Positions 61,788 to 64,000 of a stretch of DNA of 64,000 nucleotides are shown piece after piece. Position 1 is the first letter of the stretch. Every line of letters begins with the position of its first letter. Source of the stretch: Terriglobia bacterium. Its GTDB lineage: Bacteria; Acidobacteriota; Polarisedimenticolia; Polarisedimenticolales; JAIQFR01. A program made the translations under genes and the position numbers. Under the pieces are notes generated by a model. That model did not search any database and had not been told where the DNA came from. It was given only the letters and a program-made list of their open reading frames with translations. The stretch covers positions 1,632,001 to 1,696,000 of the forward strand of contig CAVVHE010000004.1 in the NCBI GenBank assembly GCA_963748015.1. The letters run 5' to 3'.

Positions 61788-63605
61788 ATGTCGAAGTCCG
61801 AATCGTCGAGCGAAGGCGGCGGCGCGGGCCTTCCCGCCTCGCACCGCCTCGCGGAGATCGAGGCGCTGTCCCGGGAGGCGTCCGCCCTCACGCGCTCCGA
61901 CCCGAAGCAGCTGGCGGAGCGTCTCGCCGCGGTCCCGCTGCGGGACCAGGTGGAGGTGACGCTCCGCCTTCCCGCGCACCAGCGCCTCGAGGTCCTCCTC
62001 CACGCCCCGTCCCCGATGAAGCTGGTGCGCGCGCTGCCCGACTTCGAGGCGTACCTGACGGTGCGCGAGGTGGGGCCGTCGGACGCGCTTCCCCTTCTCG
62101 CGCTGACGTCGGCCTCGCAGATCGTCCATCTCGTGGACCTCGAGGCCTGGCGGGGGGACCGCTTCGACGCGGCCCGCACCGGGGCCTGGGCCGCACTGCT
62201 CCTCGAGGCCGGCGATCCCACGATCCGCCGCTTCCTGCGCCACGTCGACGACGAGGTGCTGGTGCTGCTCTTCGCCTCCTGGGCGAGGATCGAGCCGATC
62301 GCGATCGATGACGCGCACGACCGGGGAGGGACCGGCGAGACCGAGGCCGGCACCGAGCTCGGATTCGCCTCTCCCGACGGGTACAACCGTTTCCGGCCCC
62401 TGATCCCCGAGCAGGCCGCCGCGGTCCGGCGTGTCGCCGAGATCCTGTTCCTCGATGCCCCGGACCGGTACTCGCACGTCGTCTGGGCGACGCAGTCGGA
62501 GATTCTCGCCGAGGTCGAGGAGCAGGCGTGGCGGTGGCGGCAGAGCCGGATCGAGGAGCACGGGTTCCCCCCGCTCGACGAGGCCCTGGCCGTCTACGGA
62601 CCGCCGACGGGCGCTCTGGCGGCCCCCGAGTCGTTCCTCTCCCTCGATGCCGAGGCCCGGCCGGCGCCGCGGGCGGCCCTCCGCGTGATCGGCGGACGGG
62701 GCGTCCTCGCGTCGGCGGTCGATCTGCTCCCGGACGCCGCGCGCGAGGGAGCGCTGATCCAGATGACCTCTCTGGCGAACCACATCCTGGTCGCCGACGG
62801 TGCGGACCCGGGCGATCCGGAGTCGCACCGCGCGGCGATCGAGAAGGCGGCCGCCTTCACCGGGATCGCGCTGGCGGCGCGCGGCATCCGGGAGCCCGCG
62901 GCCGCCGTTTCCGCGCTCTCCCGCGTCCCACTGGTCGAGCTGTTCCGCGAGGGATACGAGCGCGCCGAGGGGCTCAGGCGGCGGGCGTTCGGACTGGTCC
63001 GCGAGGGCTGGGCTTCCGCCCACCCCCAGGCACTCGAGCTGCTGGACGCTCCGCTTCTCCCCCGCGTCCAGGCGCTCCTGGGACCGCGCCCCCTCTGCTG
63101 GGAACCCTCGCAGGGAGAGGGCAAGAGCCTCCGGGAGTTCCGCGGCCTCGAGGAGATCGAGGAGACGCGCGTGGCCCTCGACATGGCGGAGGTCCTCGGA
63201 CGGATCTTCGTCGAGCGGCTCGGCCTCCGCGTGGCCGCGGTGCTCGAGGGACGAGAAGGGCCCGGCGCCGCGGCGCCGAGGTTCAGCACGATCCTCCTGA
63301 CCGCTCTCGCGTGGCACGCCGTTCGCGGGGAGTTCGCCGCCGTCGCGCTCCCACCTCCCGTCGCGGCCGAGTTCGTCGCGAAGGTCGCCTCCCGCCGCTC
63401 CGCGAGGCCCGGGGCCGCGCGCGACGCCATGGAAGCGTTCCTCTCCCGCCTCGCCGGAGATGCCGGTCTCGGCGCCCGGGAGTCCGGAGCGCTCCGCGCC
63501 TTCGCACTCGCCTGTCTCGACAAGCTCGTCGAGGAATGCGGCGACCTTTCTCCCTCGGCTCCCCCGGACCCGAGGTTCGTCTCGTGCCTACTCCTGGAGA
63601 ATTGA
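61788..63605 (+). CDS. Conserved hypothetical protein (DUF6178-like)
   Basis: Motifs YLTVREVGPSDA, VDLEAW and EEQAWRWRQSRIEEHGFP; family name recalled from memory. Confidence 0.65.
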   Translation: MSKSESSSEGGGAGLPASHRLAEIEALSREASALTRSDPKQLAERLAAVPLRDQVEVTLRLPAHQRLEVLLHAPSPMKLVRALPDFEAYLTVREVGPSDALPLLALTSASQIVHLVDLEAWRGDRFDAARTGAWAALLLEAGDPTIRRFLRHVDDEVLVLLFASWARIEPIAIDDAHDRGGTGETEAGTELGFASPDGYNRFRPLIPEQAAAVRRVAEILFLDAPDRYSHVVWATQSEILAEVEEQAWRWRQSRIEEHGFPPLDEALAVYGPPTGALAAPESFLSLDAEARPAPRAALRVIGGRGVLASAVDLLPDAAREGALIQMTSLANHILVADGADPGDPESHRAAIEKAAAFTGIALAARGIREPAAAVSALSRVPLVELFREGYERAEGLRRRAFGLVREGWASAHPQALELLDAPLLPRVQALLGPRPLCWEPSQGEGKSLREFRGLEEIEETRVALDMAEVLGRIFVERLGLRVAAVLEGREGPGAAAPRFSTILLTALAWHAVRGEFAAVALPPPVAAEFVAKVASRRSARPGAARDAMEAFLSRLAGDAGLGARESGALRAFALACLDKLVEECGDLSPSAPPDPRFVSCLLLEN

Positions 63606-63607
63606 CG

Positions 63608-63916
63608 ATGCCCGACGACACTCCGCTCAAGTCCGCATACGAATTGGCGATGGAGCGCCTGCGGCAGAAGGACAAGGCCGAAGGCGTTACGGCGTCGAAG
63701 CCGCTGAGCGCCGCCCAGAAGGCGCGGATCTCCGAGTTGCGGCGCGATGCGAAGGCGAAGCTCGCCGAGATGGAGATCCTCCACCGCAAGGACCTCGCGG
63801 CGGCCGGCGGCGATCCGGAGAAGACCCGCGACCTGGAGGAGAAATACCGGATCGACCGCGCGCGCGTCGAGAGCCGCATGGAGGACGAGATCGCGAAGGT
63901 CCACCGCGCCAACTGA
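63608..63916 (+). CDS. Small helical hypothetical protein
   Basis: Starts MPDDTPLKSAYELAMERL 2 nt after the upstream stop; charged, coiled-coil-like. Confidence 0.75.
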   Translation: MPDDTPLKSAYELAMERLRQKDKAEGVTASKPLSAAQKARISELRRDAKAKLAEMEILHRKDLAAAGGDPEKTRDLEEKYRIDRARVESRMEDEIAKVHRAN

Positions 63917-63943
63917 CCGCGCGGGGCCGGCCGGCCTCCTCGA

Positions 63944-64000
63944 TCAGGCGGGCGTCTTCTCCTCCCACACGCCGCAGAGGCGGACGATCACCTCGACCGC
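63944..64000 (-). CDS. C-terminus of a gene entering from the right edge, possibly peptidase T
   Basis: AVEVIVRLCGVWEEKTPA-stop resembles PepT C-termini; only 18 residues visible. Confidence 0.45.
   Translation of the reverse strand, partial: AVEVIVRLCGVWEEKTPA

Overview
High-GC, gene-dense bacterial chromosomal segment of mostly housekeeping and metabolic genes. It includes ettA, menA, nifJ-type PFOR, a class II fumarase, a Kgd/OdhA-type 2-oxoglutarate dehydrogenase fusion, murB, a kdsA-like gene, tRNA-Glu(CTC), an RND-MFP-TolC pump with a twice-frameshifted permease, an ECF sigma/anti-sigma pair, a hybrid kinase, a GGDEF protein and a SWIM-SNF2 helicase. Acidobacteriota is my guess for the lineage, from protein style only. 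The most unusual signals are non-coding or recoded. (1) Two apparently related families of intergenic palindromic elements: a 105-nt core in 3 copies with compensatory base changes, and a 27-nt GNAG-hairpin core in about 9 copies. In both, the conserved core is wrapped in long inverted arms that differ between copies. (2) An in-frame UGA selenocysteine peroxiredoxin with a bacterial SECIS-like hairpin, which the ORF track splits in two. (3) An IS1-related transposase with 24-bp terminal inverted repeats, plus a 166-bp MITE sharing those ends. No CRISPR array, prophage or integrase was seen. All product calls are from motif recognition; no database searches were run.
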